This document shows positions 47,327 through 57,383 of a stretch of 64,000 nucleotides of DNA, piece by piece (the stretch's first letter is position 1; the number at the start of each line of letters is the position of its first letter). The DNA comes from Alphaproteobacteria bacterium (GTDB lineage: Bacteria > Pseudomonadota > Alphaproteobacteria > Puniceispirillales > Puniceispirillaceae), in NCBI GenBank assembly GCA_016780775.1, contig JADHLI010000008.1, positions 23,681-87,680 on the forward strand, given 5' to 3'. Below the pieces are notes generated by a model. It ran no database searches. It worked only from the letters and a program-made list of their open reading frames with translations, and had not been told where the DNA came from. A program made the translations under genes and the position numbers.

Positions 47327-48310
47327 ATGAATAATAGTAAAAACACCGTAATTATTGGCGGCGGCGCTTGGGGCGCAGCAATAGCCCATCAATTGCGCCT
47401 TGGTACGGCGCATAACAGCACGCTATTAGTGCGCGCTTCCACTACGACGAGTGCCCTAGAAAAAGGGCATATACGCCAACATCCAGAAATTTCTGGGCTG
47501 GCTGGCTTTAATGCAACAACCGACCCTGCCTGTTTGAAAGAGGCGGAATTTGTGTATTTGGTTGTACCTGTTGCCGCCCATGCAGAGATGCTAGAGCTGA
47601 TAAAAACGCATACAAAGCAAGATTGCGCGGTTGTTCTTTGCGCAAAAGGGTTGATGCCGGACAGCGAAAAGGGCGGCGTCTTTTTACATGAATATGCCGC
47701 AAAACATCTTAGCCGCAGACCAATAGCCCTTTTTACCGGCCCTTCTTTTGCAGATGAAGTGCTCAAGGGTCTGCCAACCGCTTTGCTGGCAGCGAGTAAA
47801 CAAACAGAGCTATCTGCACTTTTAGCCGCGCAATTCAAAAATAGTCAGCTTCGCGTTTATCAAGGAAATGATGTGATAGGGGCGGCACTTGGTGGGACGG
47901 TAAAAAATGTTATTGCAATTGCCGCTGGTATTTGTACTGGCCAGCAACTAGGCGATAATGCGCGCGCCGGGCTTATCACAAGGGGCCTAGCCGAAACAAT
48001 GCGGCTGGCAGATAAGCTAGGCGCACAGCGCGCAACCATGTATGGACTGGCAGGTATTGGCGATCTGATCCTATCTTGTAGCAACAACCATTCTCGCAAT
48101 ATGGCCTTTGGAATGGCCCTTGGTAGCGGTGTTGATGCGCCTGCAAAGCTGGCTGAAGGGCGGCATTCTGCTGCCCATCTTTGCGCTAGAGCCCGCTTTG
48201 AGGGCATTGAAATGCCCGTATGTGAGGCTGTTGATAAAATCGTTAATCAAGAAGCAGATATTGAAACAACCATTGCCAGCCTATTGTCACGGCAGGCGGG
48301 AAATGAATAA
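47327..48310 (+). CDS. gpsA: NAD(P)H-dependent glycerol-3-phosphate dehydrogenase
   Basis: VIIGGGAWGAAIA, GTVKNVIAIAAGI and HSRNMAFGMALG are present. Confidence 0.9.
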   Translation: MNNSKNTVIIGGGAWGAAIAHQLRLGTAHNSTLLVRASTTTSALEKGHIRQHPEISGLAGFNATTDPACLKEAEFVYLVVPVAAHAEMLELIKTHTKQDCAVVLCAKGLMPDSEKGGVFLHEYAAKHLSRRPIALFTGPSFADEVLKGLPTALLAASKQTELSALLAAQFKNSQLRVYQGNDVIGAALGGTVKNVIAIAAGICTGQQLGDNARAGLITRGLAETMRLADKLGAQRATMYGLAGIGDLILSCSNNHSRNMAFGMALGSGVDAPAKLAEGRHSAAHLCARARFEGIEMPVCEAVDKIVNQEADIETTIASLLSRQAGNE

Positions 48311-48363
48311 GCTAGCACCTAACCCCTTTCATTTGGCATTCAAACCTAACGGAGCAAACAGAT

Positions 48364-48783
48364 ATGGCATTTTGGCTATTTAAATCAGAACCAAATACGT
48401 GGTCATGGCAAGACCAGCTAGATAAAGGGGATATTGGCGAGGGATGGGATGGCGTGCGTAACCATCAAGCTGGCAATAATATGAAAGCCATGCAAATTGG
48501 CGATTTAGGATTTTTCTATCATTCTGTTTCTGAGAAACAAATTGTTGGTATTGTTGATGTAACTGAGCTTTGGCACCTTGATCCCACAGATCTGCAAGGG
48601 CGCTTTGGCATGGTAACGGTGCGGGCCATAAAATCCATGACTAAACCTGTCAGCCTAGCTGAAATTAAGGCAGAACCGCGCCTATCCGAGCTAGCGTTGG
48701 TAAAGCAATCACGCCTATCGGTTGTACCAGTAGGAGAGGCGGAATGGAACCTGATTATGGAGATGGGGCAAACCAGCTTATAG
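48364..48783 (+). CDS. EVE domain protein
   Basis: 139 aa with the pattern MAFWLFKSEPNTWSW...GVRNHQA.N.M..M..GD..FFYHS. Confidence 0.8.
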   Translation: MAFWLFKSEPNTWSWQDQLDKGDIGEGWDGVRNHQAGNNMKAMQIGDLGFFYHSVSEKQIVGIVDVTELWHLDPTDLQGRFGMVTVRAIKSMTKPVSLAEIKAEPRLSELALVKQSRLSVVPVGEAEWNLIMEMGQTSL

Positions 48784-48785
48784 CC

Positions 48786-49157
48786 TTAGGCGTTATCACC
48801 GCGCCGTTCTTTGAAAATAAGAAATAGGTTACGCAGATAGATAAATAGACCCAGGCCCTGACCACAAATAATAACTGGATCCTGACGCCAAAGCGCATAT
48901 AAAAACAGCACCAGCCCGCCGCCAATAGAAAAATACCAAAAAGCGAGCGGGATAACAGACCTTCCTTCCCCTTCTGATTTCAGCCACTGGATGATAAAGC
49001 GCATCGCAAACAGCCCTTGCCCAGCAAAACCAATAATCAACATAAGCTGTTCTGGCTTGGTTGCCAGAGAATCGGGCAAAAATGGGAACAGGCTGGTCAG
49101 AAGATAGCCAATAAACAACGCCCCACTAGCAATCATGCCTGAGATGGTTTCTAACAT
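48786..49157 (-). CDS. lipid-A-disaccharide synthase N-terminal (LAB_N) domain membrane protein
   Basis: 123 aa with 3 TM segments and the motif GQGLFAMRFIIQWLKSE...FWYFSIGGG...YLRNL. Confidence 0.65.
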   Translation of the reverse strand: MLETISGMIASGALFIGYLLTSLFPFLPDSLATKPEQLMLIIGFAGQGLFAMRFIIQWLKSEGEGRSVIPLAFWYFSIGGGLVLFLYALWRQDPVIICGQGLGLFIYLRNLFLIFKERRGDNA

Positions 49158-49162
49158 TTATC

Positions 49163-49957
49163 TCATCTTCCTGTTTTGGCTGTTGTTTTGGACGTCTTTG
49201 CTGGTTTAGGCGCTTTGGCTTTATCCTCAACGACCATCCCGGTTTTTGGCATACGCCTAAGTAGCCAAATAACCCCGAGCATATCTGATATACCAACCAG
49301 CAACCTGTCCAGAATACCATATTTTGACTGGCCACGTTCGCGCATCCTATGACCAACAGGTACAGCCAAAACACAGCCCCCCTCACGCCGGATCAAGGCT
49401 GGCATAAATCGATGCATATGATTGAAAAACGGAAGTTTAAGAAAGATTTCCCTATCTACTACTTTTAACCCGCACCCACTATCAGGATGGTCATCTTTTA
49501 GAAGGTGGCGCCTCAGCCAGCGCGCGATCGCTGATGCCTGCCGGCGAATAGCGGTGTCTTTGCGGGTTACCCGAACCCCGCCAGCCATACCCATTTCAGG
49601 ACGTGCGGCAAGCAATGCGGCTTCTAAGGCTGGCAAATCAGCTGGAATATTCTGGCCATCACCATCTAGTACGGCAATGAGCGGCGCACGTGATGCTAGC
49701 AAGGCAGTGCGCACAGCAGCCGATTGACCAGAGCGATTTTCGTGATGCAGTACACGTAATTGCGGCACCTGTTTCTGCGCTAAGAGCAAATCATCTTTTG
49801 TGCCATCATTACTGGCATCATTTACATAGATGATCTCGAACTTTCGGCCGTTAAAAGTCGCTACAATTTCATCAACAAGGGGACGGATATTTCCCTGCTC
49901 ATTCATTACGGGAACCAGCACAGAGATTTCAGGTGTCCGAGATGTGATACGAGCCAT
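49163..49957 (-). CDS. family 2 glycosyltransferase (polyprenyl-phosphate sugar synthase-like, ArnC/DPM1-like)
   Basis: SVLVPVMNEQGNI, YVNDASNDGT and the DGDGQN (DxD) motif are present. Confidence 0.82.
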   Translation of the reverse strand: MARITSRTPEISVLVPVMNEQGNIRPLVDEIVATFNGRKFEIIYVNDASNDGTKDDLLLAQKQVPQLRVLHHENRSGQSAAVRTALLASRAPLIAVLDGDGQNIPADLPALEAALLAARPEMGMAGGVRVTRKDTAIRRQASAIARWLRRHLLKDDHPDSGCGLKVVDREIFLKLPFFNHMHRFMPALIRREGGCVLAVPVGHRMRERGQSKYGILDRLLVGISDMLGVIWLLRRMPKTGMVVEDKAKAPKPAKTSKTTAKTGR

Positions 49958-50050
49958 TTAACGTTAGCACCTGCTTGGTTTTTTAAAGGCAGATTTTGCC
50001 AGTTCAAATTTCATGTCTACCCTATAGACTGTGAGCTTAGCCAGTGTCAA

Positions 50051-51772
50051 TCAGCCGCCGTTTGCACGGGCACGGTGTTGATAGAAAAACAGCTGAATAT
50101 CCCGCCCCTTGGAGATGTTTGTTCCCTGAAGCGTATCGCTAACGGCCAATTGCTGGTTGAGCTGCTCTGAAAGCTGGATAAATGCCTCACGGTGGCGCCC
50201 TTCAATAACCGCCAAACCATCTGGGGCTTCAGCCATAAAAACTGCCGCCTGTTTGACATCCAAAAGCAAGATATCCTGACCCAAATGAAACACAGCTGAT
50301 GGTTCATGATAGCCTACCAGCGCAATAGCTGCTGGCCTATCTGGCAAGCTAGCAATATGGTTTTTCAGACGATGCGCAATATGGATTTGCGATAAGCTAG
50401 CAAACAGACCAGCGATAAGCAGAATATGCACTGCCAAGCCTGCCCCGCAAATGGCCAACAAATCACTAAGGTTCTGGCCGCGATACCAGTGCCATAACCG
50501 CCACAATACAAACCCAACTAGAAGCCCAATAAGAGCCGCAAAAACAAAAGCCCACCCCCCTGTCTTGCCGCCATAACTAATCGCTAGCCAGAAACAGACC
50601 CCAGCAAGCCCCACGCCCCAAATTGCAGCAAGGCCATACCCTGCCAGAACAACATAGCGCTGAAACCGGCTAGCAGGGGGGAGCGGGCTAAGCAAGGTAG
50701 CTGCGATAAGCATAGCCAAAGCCGGTAAAACGGGCAGAACATAATGCGGGAGTTTGGTGGGAACCAGCTCTATCGCCAACCAATAACCCGCAAGCCATGC
50801 AATACAAAATCGGCTAGCAGGGTGTTGTAATATCTCGCGCCCCAGCCGAAATGTGAAGCCAGCAAACGCAATGCCCGGCCAGAACAACAGGCCAAGCAAG
50901 CCAAAATAGGTGCCAAAAGGCGCACCATGCGATTCCTGTCCTGAACGCACTTTGGATAAGAAATCACCGCGAATAGCAATGTCCAAAAATGCACCCTCTG
51001 TTTGGTAGGATACCGCAATCATCCAAGGCAGGGTGATTGCCGCCAAAATCAAAATTCCGCGAAAAAACGCCAAATAGGCCAGCCACCTTATCTGGCGATC
51101 TATCGCCACCAGCGTCAAAATCGTAGTTAGGGCAATAAGCGGAGCAATCGGGCCTTTAACCAAAATACCAATCCCCATAAAAACCCAGAAAGCAATAAAT
51201 AGCTGTCCGGTGGGAGGTGGCTCTTTTGTATGAAAGCGCTGATAAAGCCGCCAGAGATAAAATTGCTGACATAAAATCGCCGCAAGCAATACTGCATCTG
51301 TCTTGGCAAGGTGGGCTTCGCCTATCATCACGGGCGTAGCAGCAAGCAACAGCACCGATATGGTTGGCAGAAGCGGGATTGCAGGCCACAAGCTAGCAGC
51401 AAATCGGTGGGTTAGAAAAAGCGCCGCCAACACAGCTAGCACCGAAGGCAGGCGGTAGCTGGCAATATCAAAATGGCCAAAAATCGCTGCTGAGGCAGAT
51501 TGCAGCCAATAGATAGCTATTGGTTTTTTTGCGCGCAACTCATCCATAAAATAGGGGGTAATTAAATCTCCGCTAAGCACCATTTGCTTGCTTGCCTGTG
51601 CAAAACGAGCTTCATCACGGTCGATCACTTCAAGGCTTTGATGCCCAATAAGTACAGCGACAAAAATCACCGCCAGCAGCCCTAAGAAAAAGCCACGATG
51701 CCCGGCCATTTTGCTAATGATGCGCTGCCAGTCTCTCGAAGATAAATTTGTGGATAAGCTCATCTTTGCCAA
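50051..51772 (-). CDS. family 39 glycosyltransferase (ArnT/PMT-like, polytopic)
   Basis: 573 aa with more than 10 TM segments. The N-terminal periplasmic-loop motif DRDEARFAQASKQM...KPIAIYWLQ is typical of the ArnT-like DE motif. An alternative start is ATG 51763. Confidence 0.78.
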   Translation of the reverse strand: MAKMSLSTNLSSRDWQRIISKMAGHRGFFLGLLAVIFVAVLIGHQSLEVIDRDEARFAQASKQMVLSGDLITPYFMDELRAKKPIAIYWLQSASAAIFGHFDIASYRLPSVLAVLAALFLTHRFAASLWPAIPLLPTISVLLLAATPVMIGEAHLAKTDAVLLAAILCQQFYLWRLYQRFHTKEPPPTGQLFIAFWVFMGIGILVKGPIAPLIALTTILTLVAIDRQIRWLAYLAFFRGILILAAITLPWMIAVSYQTEGAFLDIAIRGDFLSKVRSGQESHGAPFGTYFGLLGLLFWPGIAFAGFTFRLGREILQHPASRFCIAWLAGYWLAIELVPTKLPHYVLPVLPALAMLIAATLLSPLPPASRFQRYVVLAGYGLAAIWGVGLAGVCFWLAISYGGKTGGWAFVFAALIGLLVGFVLWRLWHWYRGQNLSDLLAICGAGLAVHILLIAGLFASLSQIHIAHRLKNHIASLPDRPAAIALVGYHEPSAVFHLGQDILLLDVKQAAVFMAEAPDGLAVIEGRHREAFIQLSEQLNQQLAVSDTLQGTNISKGRDIQLFFYQHRARANGG

Positions 51773-52009
51773 TCGCCGTTTTAGCCGGTTTCTGGTTAAA
51801 CAGGCTTTAGGAAAAACTTGGTCATAAAACCCAATTGCTTTTCGTGTTTTATAACGCGCACCATAAATTGTCTAACCCTATCGGAAATCCCCTAGCTTCG
51901 CCAGTCAAGAGATACAGCGTGCCGCCAAAAAAACTGAATATGCCTCATTTGAAATTAATTGAGCAGATTAGTATTTTGAAAAGTCTGTGAAATAGAGGTA
52001 CAAGCGCAC

Positions 52010-53395
52010 ATGAAAAAAGCGCAAAAAACACAGCCCAAGCTAGCGATAGAAACAGAACCTCTTAGAGGCCCTGAGACCAGCTATCGCCATATCTGGGCAC
52101 TATCTTGGCCCGTGATGCTTTCCACCATGTCTGTGCCAATGGTAGGGGCAGTTGATGTGGCAATGATGGGGCATCTGCCAAGCCCAGCCTATGTTGGCGG
52201 AGTCGCGCTTGGCGGCCTTATTTATGGCGTGATTGTTCTTGCCTTTAGCTTTTTGCGGATGGGCACAACCGGGCTTACCTCACGCGCGGCTGGTGCAGGT
52301 CATAAAGAGGAGATAAGCCGCATCTTTATGCGCAGTCAGCTTATCGCTCTTATTGGCAGTATTTTGCTTATTTTGTTGCACCCGTTTATTTTAATGCTGG
52401 CATTGAGATGGATTGAAACCTCACCAGCGGCAGCTGGCCATATGGATACATATTTCAGCGTCCGAATTTGGGGACTGCCTGCAACATTAGGAAATGCAGT
52501 GATGATAGGCTGGTTATTTGGCCAGCAAGCTATGCGGCTATGTATGACCCAACTTATTTTTATCAATGCCCTGAATATCGCTTTAAATTTCTTGTTCGTG
52601 CTGGGGCTGGGGCTAGATGTTGACGGGGTTGCGGCTGCATCTGCTGCTTCAGAATGGGCAGGCTTTATCCTGATGATAGCGATTGTGCGTGCCCAGCCAA
52701 AGCGCTTCCCCCTCAACCTATCCAGCTTAGATGCCAGCATTTTATTTGCCCGCGATAAATGGCTAGCAATGCTAAAGATTGCCCGTGATTTAAGCGCACG
52801 CACACTGTTATTATGGGCAGTTGAGGCTCTGCTCTTATCCCAAGCGGCCAGTAGTGGGGATATATCACTTGCCGCTATCCAGATAGTGCTGGTTATATTT
52901 GGCTTTATCGCCTTTGGATTAGATGGATTTGCACATGCAACCGAAGCACTGGCCGGCACAGCCATCGGGGCAGGCAGCCGTACCAAGCTTTTATTAATCA
53001 TTAAACGTACCACCGTTTTAGCGGCGGCGGCGGCAGGTATTATGTCAGCATGCTTATACCTCTTAGAAGGGCTGATAATTCCGGTGATGACCAACCAGCC
53101 AACTTTGCAGGCCGCCATAGCTGATCTATGGTTCTGGTGCGTGCTTATCCCGCCTTTCTCTTTTCTAGCGTTTCAGATGGACGGCGTTTATGTCGGCGCG
53201 GCGGCCAGTCATTATATGCGCAATGGTATGCTTGTATCCTTTGCACTATTTGCCGGGTTGGTGTTTTTCTTTGCATCGGCGGGGCTTGACGCGCTGATGT
53301 TCGCCTTTATTGTTTATCTTTTGGCCAGAGGGATTTATCTAGCGCTATATCTAGGCCATATGTTTGACCGATATGTTGGCGCGCCAATAAAATAA
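52010..53395 (+). CDS. MATE family efflux transporter (DinF-like)
   Basis: 461 aa with 12 predicted TM segments and the MATE N-terminal pattern (IWALSWPVMLS...). Confidence 0.82.
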   Translation: MKKAQKTQPKLAIETEPLRGPETSYRHIWALSWPVMLSTMSVPMVGAVDVAMMGHLPSPAYVGGVALGGLIYGVIVLAFSFLRMGTTGLTSRAAGAGHKEEISRIFMRSQLIALIGSILLILLHPFILMLALRWIETSPAAAGHMDTYFSVRIWGLPATLGNAVMIGWLFGQQAMRLCMTQLIFINALNIALNFLFVLGLGLDVDGVAAASAASEWAGFILMIAIVRAQPKRFPLNLSSLDASILFARDKWLAMLKIARDLSARTLLLWAVEALLLSQAASSGDISLAAIQIVLVIFGFIAFGLDGFAHATEALAGTAIGAGSRTKLLLIIKRTTVLAAAAAGIMSACLYLLEGLIIPVMTNQPTLQAAIADLWFWCVLIPPFSFLAFQMDGVYVGAAASHYMRNGMLVSFALFAGLVFFFASAGLDALMFAFIVYLLARGIYLALYLGHMFDRYVGAPIK

Positions 53396-53432
53396 TTTAC
53401 CAGTAGCGTAATTTTAAAGCCATGGAGTGAGG

Positions 53433-54836
53433 ATGTCAGTCACAAAAACGCAGACCGGAATCGTAGAGCCAGCCAAAGACACCCGCCCACTTTATATTGT
53501 CTGTCAGAAAAATTTTAATGTGTGGCTAGATAGCCTAACCGAAGCACAGCAAAACTGGGTTCGCGAAACAGCTATGCCCGCCAAAGCGGGTACATGTATC
53601 ACCTTGCCAAATATAGATGGCCATATTGGTGGTGCCGCGTTACTCACAGATAAAAACCTTATCTGGGAGAGTGCTGGTGCGGCCAGCCGCCTACCTTCAG
53701 GTAGCTGGGCACCTGAACTGACATTTTCTAAGGCGGCTAGTCTCGGCGATATTCAGCTTGGCTGGGGGCTGGCACAATATCACTTTGCCCCGCACAGACC
53801 AGACAAAGACCCCGACAATAAAGCACAGCTCGCACTTGCTAAAAGGGATCAGGATAGAGGTGTTGAAGCACAGGTCAGGGGTATACATATCGCCCGTGAA
53901 ATGATTAATCAGCCAGCGAACAAAATGACCCCGCAAGGCATTGAGGCCGCAGCGAAAGAAATTGCCCAAACCTATTCAGCAAAAGTGAAGGTAACGAAGG
54001 GCAAGGTGTTGGAAAGCTATGCACCAGCCTTGCATATCGTAGGGCGCGCAGCTGAAATCCCGCCCCGCCTTATTGATATGAGCTGGGGTGATGAAGGGCC
54101 TTTAATTACGCTTGTTGGCAAAGGAATTAGCTTTGATTCAGGTGGGCTAGATATCAAACCATCACGCGCAATGGAGCTTATGAAAAAGGATATGGGCGGG
54201 GCAGCACATGTGCTGGGCCTGGCCGCTGCGCTGATGGAAGCCGGGATAAAGATACGCTTGCGGGTGCTGGTCGCTGCGGCCGAAAACGCAATATCCGAAC
54301 GTGCTATGCGTCCACTAGATGTTATTGAAACAGCCGCTGGTATTGCTGTGGAGGTAGGCAATACAGATGCAGAAGGCCGGCTTGTACTCGCTGATGCACT
54401 GCATTATGCCTTCAATGATAAAGACCATCCTGCCCCGGATTTTGTAGTGGATTTTGCGACGCTTACAGGCGCGGCGCGGGTTGCTCTAGGCACCGAATGT
54501 CCAGCTCTGTTTTGCAACCAAGATGACACAGCCCAGCAATTAATGCAGCTTGGCACCAAGCTAGATGACCCGCTCTGGCAATTGCCGCTGTTTGAAGCGT
54601 ATGAGCGGTTTTTAGATGCTGGGCAAGCTGGCTTATCCAGCACTGGCCATTCTGGCTATGGCGGCGCGATTACAGCGGCGTTATTCCTGCGCCGCTTTGT
54701 TGGCAAGAAGGCGGATTGGGCACATATTGATGTAATGGCTTGGAACCTATCCAGCCGCCCTGGAAGGCCAAAAGGCGGAGAGGCTATGGGCCTGCGCGCG
54801 CTATTTGCCTTCATTGAGGCACGTGCAAAGAAATAA
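53433..54836 (+). CDS. M17 family leucyl aminopeptidase-like metallopeptidase
   Basis: The catalytic-domain motifs GKGISFDSGG, MKKDMGGAA and NTDAEGRLVLADAL are present. I prefer ATG 53433, which follows GGAGTGAGG. Confidence 0.85.
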   Translation: MSVTKTQTGIVEPAKDTRPLYIVCQKNFNVWLDSLTEAQQNWVRETAMPAKAGTCITLPNIDGHIGGAALLTDKNLIWESAGAASRLPSGSWAPELTFSKAASLGDIQLGWGLAQYHFAPHRPDKDPDNKAQLALAKRDQDRGVEAQVRGIHIAREMINQPANKMTPQGIEAAAKEIAQTYSAKVKVTKGKVLESYAPALHIVGRAAEIPPRLIDMSWGDEGPLITLVGKGISFDSGGLDIKPSRAMELMKKDMGGAAHVLGLAAALMEAGIKIRLRVLVAAAENAISERAMRPLDVIETAAGIAVEVGNTDAEGRLVLADALHYAFNDKDHPAPDFVVDFATLTGAARVALGTECPALFCNQDDTAQQLMQLGTKLDDPLWQLPLFEAYERFLDAGQAGLSSTGHSGYGGAITAALFLRRFVGKKADWAHIDVMAWNLSSRPGRPKGGEAMGLRALFAFIEARAKK

Positions 54837-54853
54837 ATTAAACTTATTTTGGC

Positions 54854-55810
54854 TTAATATCCGCGGCTTTTATCCACCAAATTGGATAAGGGGGCGCCAG
54901 TTGCAGCCGCGCTTATAGCGGCAGCGACTTGGTCAGCGGCGGTATCTGGATTGGTTTGGGCAGCCACATGCGGCCAGATGGTAATAGCTGGCTCTTGCCA
55001 AAAAGGATGCTGCGGCGGTAACGGCTCTTCTGCAAACACATCCAAACACGCGCCATCTAGATGCCCTGCGCGGATAGCGGTCAGCAAATCTGCCTCTACC
55101 ACCTGTTTACCGCGTCCGCCATTAATGAAGTAAGCCCCCTTTTTCATATGCGCAAACGCAGCTGCATCAAACAGATCTGTGGTTGAGGGCGTTAGCGGCA
55201 AAATACAGATATGTATCTCACAGCTAGCAAGCAGTGCATCAAACCTAGCCTTGCCATGTGCAGACTTTATAGGTTCTGGAAAGTGCCGTGCACTGCGGGA
55301 CCAGCCAGATACATCAAACCCTAGCGCTGCTAGCCTTTGTGCAATCACAAGCCCTATAGCCCCCATGCCATATACTGCGATAGGTAGATTTTTTGTCTGG
55401 CGCTGGTCGCGCGCTTCAAATCGCTTTTGCTGTGCATTCTCGCGGTAGTACCGGCCATCTCGCAAGTAATCCAGAACGTTCAAGATGACCCACTGGCTGA
55501 GCGCATGCGACATATCCGGGTCTACCAGCCGCACAATAGAAGGGCCATCAGGCACGCTTTTATCTGCCATGAGGTGATCTACCCCTTGGCCAAGCGAGAC
55601 GATAAGTTTTAAGTCTTTAAGTTGAGCTAGCCGGCCTTGCGGGGGATACCATACAAGCGCATATTCACACGCTAATGCTGCACTGTCTTCAAGAGGCACA
55701 AGCTGGCATGGGCCTAATCTTTTGGTCAGGCAATCCTGCCACCAGCGGCGCTTATCATCACGGCCACTATTATCAAAATACGCAATTTTTACGTCTCTAG
55801 CGGCATTCAT
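54854..55810 (-). CDS. D-isomer-specific 2-hydroxyacid dehydrogenase (glyoxylate/hydroxypyruvate reductase A-like)
   Basis: 318 aa with the NAD motif AVYGMGAIGLVIA, NGGRG and DVF..EPLP. The start overlaps the upstream stop by 1 nt. Confidence 0.8.
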   Translation of the reverse strand: MNAARDVKIAYFDNSGRDDKRRWWQDCLTKRLGPCQLVPLEDSAALACEYALVWYPPQGRLAQLKDLKLIVSLGQGVDHLMADKSVPDGPSIVRLVDPDMSHALSQWVILNVLDYLRDGRYYRENAQQKRFEARDQRQTKNLPIAVYGMGAIGLVIAQRLAALGFDVSGWSRSARHFPEPIKSAHGKARFDALLASCEIHICILPLTPSTTDLFDAAAFAHMKKGAYFINGGRGKQVVEADLLTAIRAGHLDGACLDVFAEEPLPPQHPFWQEPAITIWPHVAAQTNPDTAADQVAAAISAAATGAPLSNLVDKSRGY

Positions 55811-56610
55811 CAGCGCGCTACCTGCTGGATTTCAGAGAGAGCTAAGGCATGCAACGTCTTATTCGCTGCGGCCAGAATAGAGCCATCACTGTCAAGACGT
55901 ATGGGCATGCCCTGCCAATCAGTGACAAGCGCGCCTGCTGCTTCCATTACAGGCACCAGCGCCATGATATCATGCGGGGCAAGCTGATGTTCAACAACCA
56001 AATCCATATGCCCAGCCGCCAGAAGCGCGTAATTATAACAATCCCCGCCATAATGCGGTGATAGGCATTGCGCACTGAGATGTTGAAAAATCTTCCAGCC
56101 CTTACTGGTAAAGGCATCTGGACTTGTAGTCGCAATATGTGCCGCGCCAAGATCAGCTGTCTGGCGCGTTTTTAACGCCTCCTCATGCCCATCTTTGCGC
56201 AGATAAGCCGCCCCTCCTCTGGTTAAATAACATTCATCTAGTTCTGGCATATCAATCATCGCGCAAATAGCCGCCCCATCATGCACAAGCGCCACTAGCG
56301 TTCCAAATAAGGGCTTGCCTGTAATAAAGGCTCTGGTGCCATCTATGGGGTCAATGACCCAGCAATAAGGCTTATCAGCTAAACCGCCTTCTTCCTCGCC
56401 AATAATAGCATGGTCTGGAAAATGCGTATCTATAGTGTGGCGTAAAATGGCCTCTACCGATTTATCAGCGATAGTAACCGGACTGTCATCTGCTTTTTGC
56501 AGGACATCTGCACCTTGACGGAAATATTTTGTAATAAGAGGCCGAGAAACCTCCGGCAGTGTCGCCAGTAATTTCTCCGCCTCTATTAGGGTGTTTGATG
56601 CTGCGCTCAT
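55810..56610 (-). CDS. inositol monophosphatase-family protein (HisN-like histidinol-phosphatase candidate)
   Basis: DDSPVTIADK, IIGEEEG, WVIDPIDGTRAF and GGDCYNY are present. Confidence 0.78.
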   Translation of the reverse strand: MSAASNTLIEAEKLLATLPEVSRPLITKYFRQGADVLQKADDSPVTIADKSVEAILRHTIDTHFPDHAIIGEEEGGLADKPYCWVIDPIDGTRAFITGKPLFGTLVALVHDGAAICAMIDMPELDECYLTRGGAAYLRKDGHEEALKTRQTADLGAAHIATTSPDAFTSKGWKIFQHLSAQCLSPHYGGDCYNYALLAAGHMDLVVEHQLAPHDIMALVPVMEAAGALVTDWQGMPIRLDSDGSILAAANKTLHALALSEIQQVAR

Positions 56611-57185
56611 TGCGCCTGCGCGCTAGTCTCAGCTGCTATATCCGCATCAGATGGCAGTGCAATAGGCGCATCTGCCTGAGAGCGCAAATAAGCAATAAGA
56701 TTGGCTCTGTCTTCCGGCTTTTTTAAGCCCGCAAAATTCATCTTTGTGCCAGCTACATATGCCTTTGGCTTATACAAAAATGCATTCAGTGCCTGATAGT
56801 CCCAGCCACCTTCCATTTCTGTTAGGGCGGCAGAATAGCTAAAGCCGTCCACAGCCGCTTTATCGGCATTCACAATATTCCACAAGCCCGGGCCAACCTT
56901 ATTTTTGCCGCCCTTATCAAAGACGTGACAAGCGGTGCATTTCTTGGCTGTTTTGATGCCTGCTTCTACATCTGCTGACGCTAGAAGTGCCAGAATAGGT
57001 TCAGGCCCTTTAGCAGCAGCTGGTGCTGCGGTTGTTGTGCTTGCTACCTGCACCTCAATTGGATAGGCGTTTTGCGCAAGCTTCTGGTGTGGCACCAGAA
57101 CTTCTGAGAGTTTATAGCCTGCCATCGCCAACAATGCTGCCAGCAAGAATCCAGCCGCAACTTTGTTAAATTTGAGATCGTCCAT
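56607..57185 (-). CDS. membrane-anchored c-type cytochrome
   Basis: 192 aa with an N-terminal TM anchor, the heme motif CTACH and a distal Met region (GTKMNFAGL). The stop overlaps the next start (ATGA). Confidence 0.8.
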   Translation of the reverse strand: MDDLKFNKVAAGFLLAALLAMAGYKLSEVLVPHQKLAQNAYPIEVQVASTTTAAPAAAKGPEPILALLASADVEAGIKTAKKCTACHVFDKGGKNKVGPGLWNIVNADKAAVDGFSYSAALTEMEGGWDYQALNAFLYKPKAYVAGTKMNFAGLKKPEDRANLIAYLRSQADAPIALPSDADIAAETSAQAQ

Positions 57186-57383
57186 TCTTTGAATATCCCC
57201 ACCGTTTATAATAAATTTTGCGTTGTTATTCCCATGAACGCAAAATCGGTCTGATAGAAACGGGCATGCCGCTTATATGCTCATTTGTGATAGCGTAATT
57301 TTTCGTTGCTCTCAAGCCCTGCAGAACACCTAAACACAGCTTTTCCTTTGCTTGATCGCTCAAATTGTGAAAAAACCAAAATT

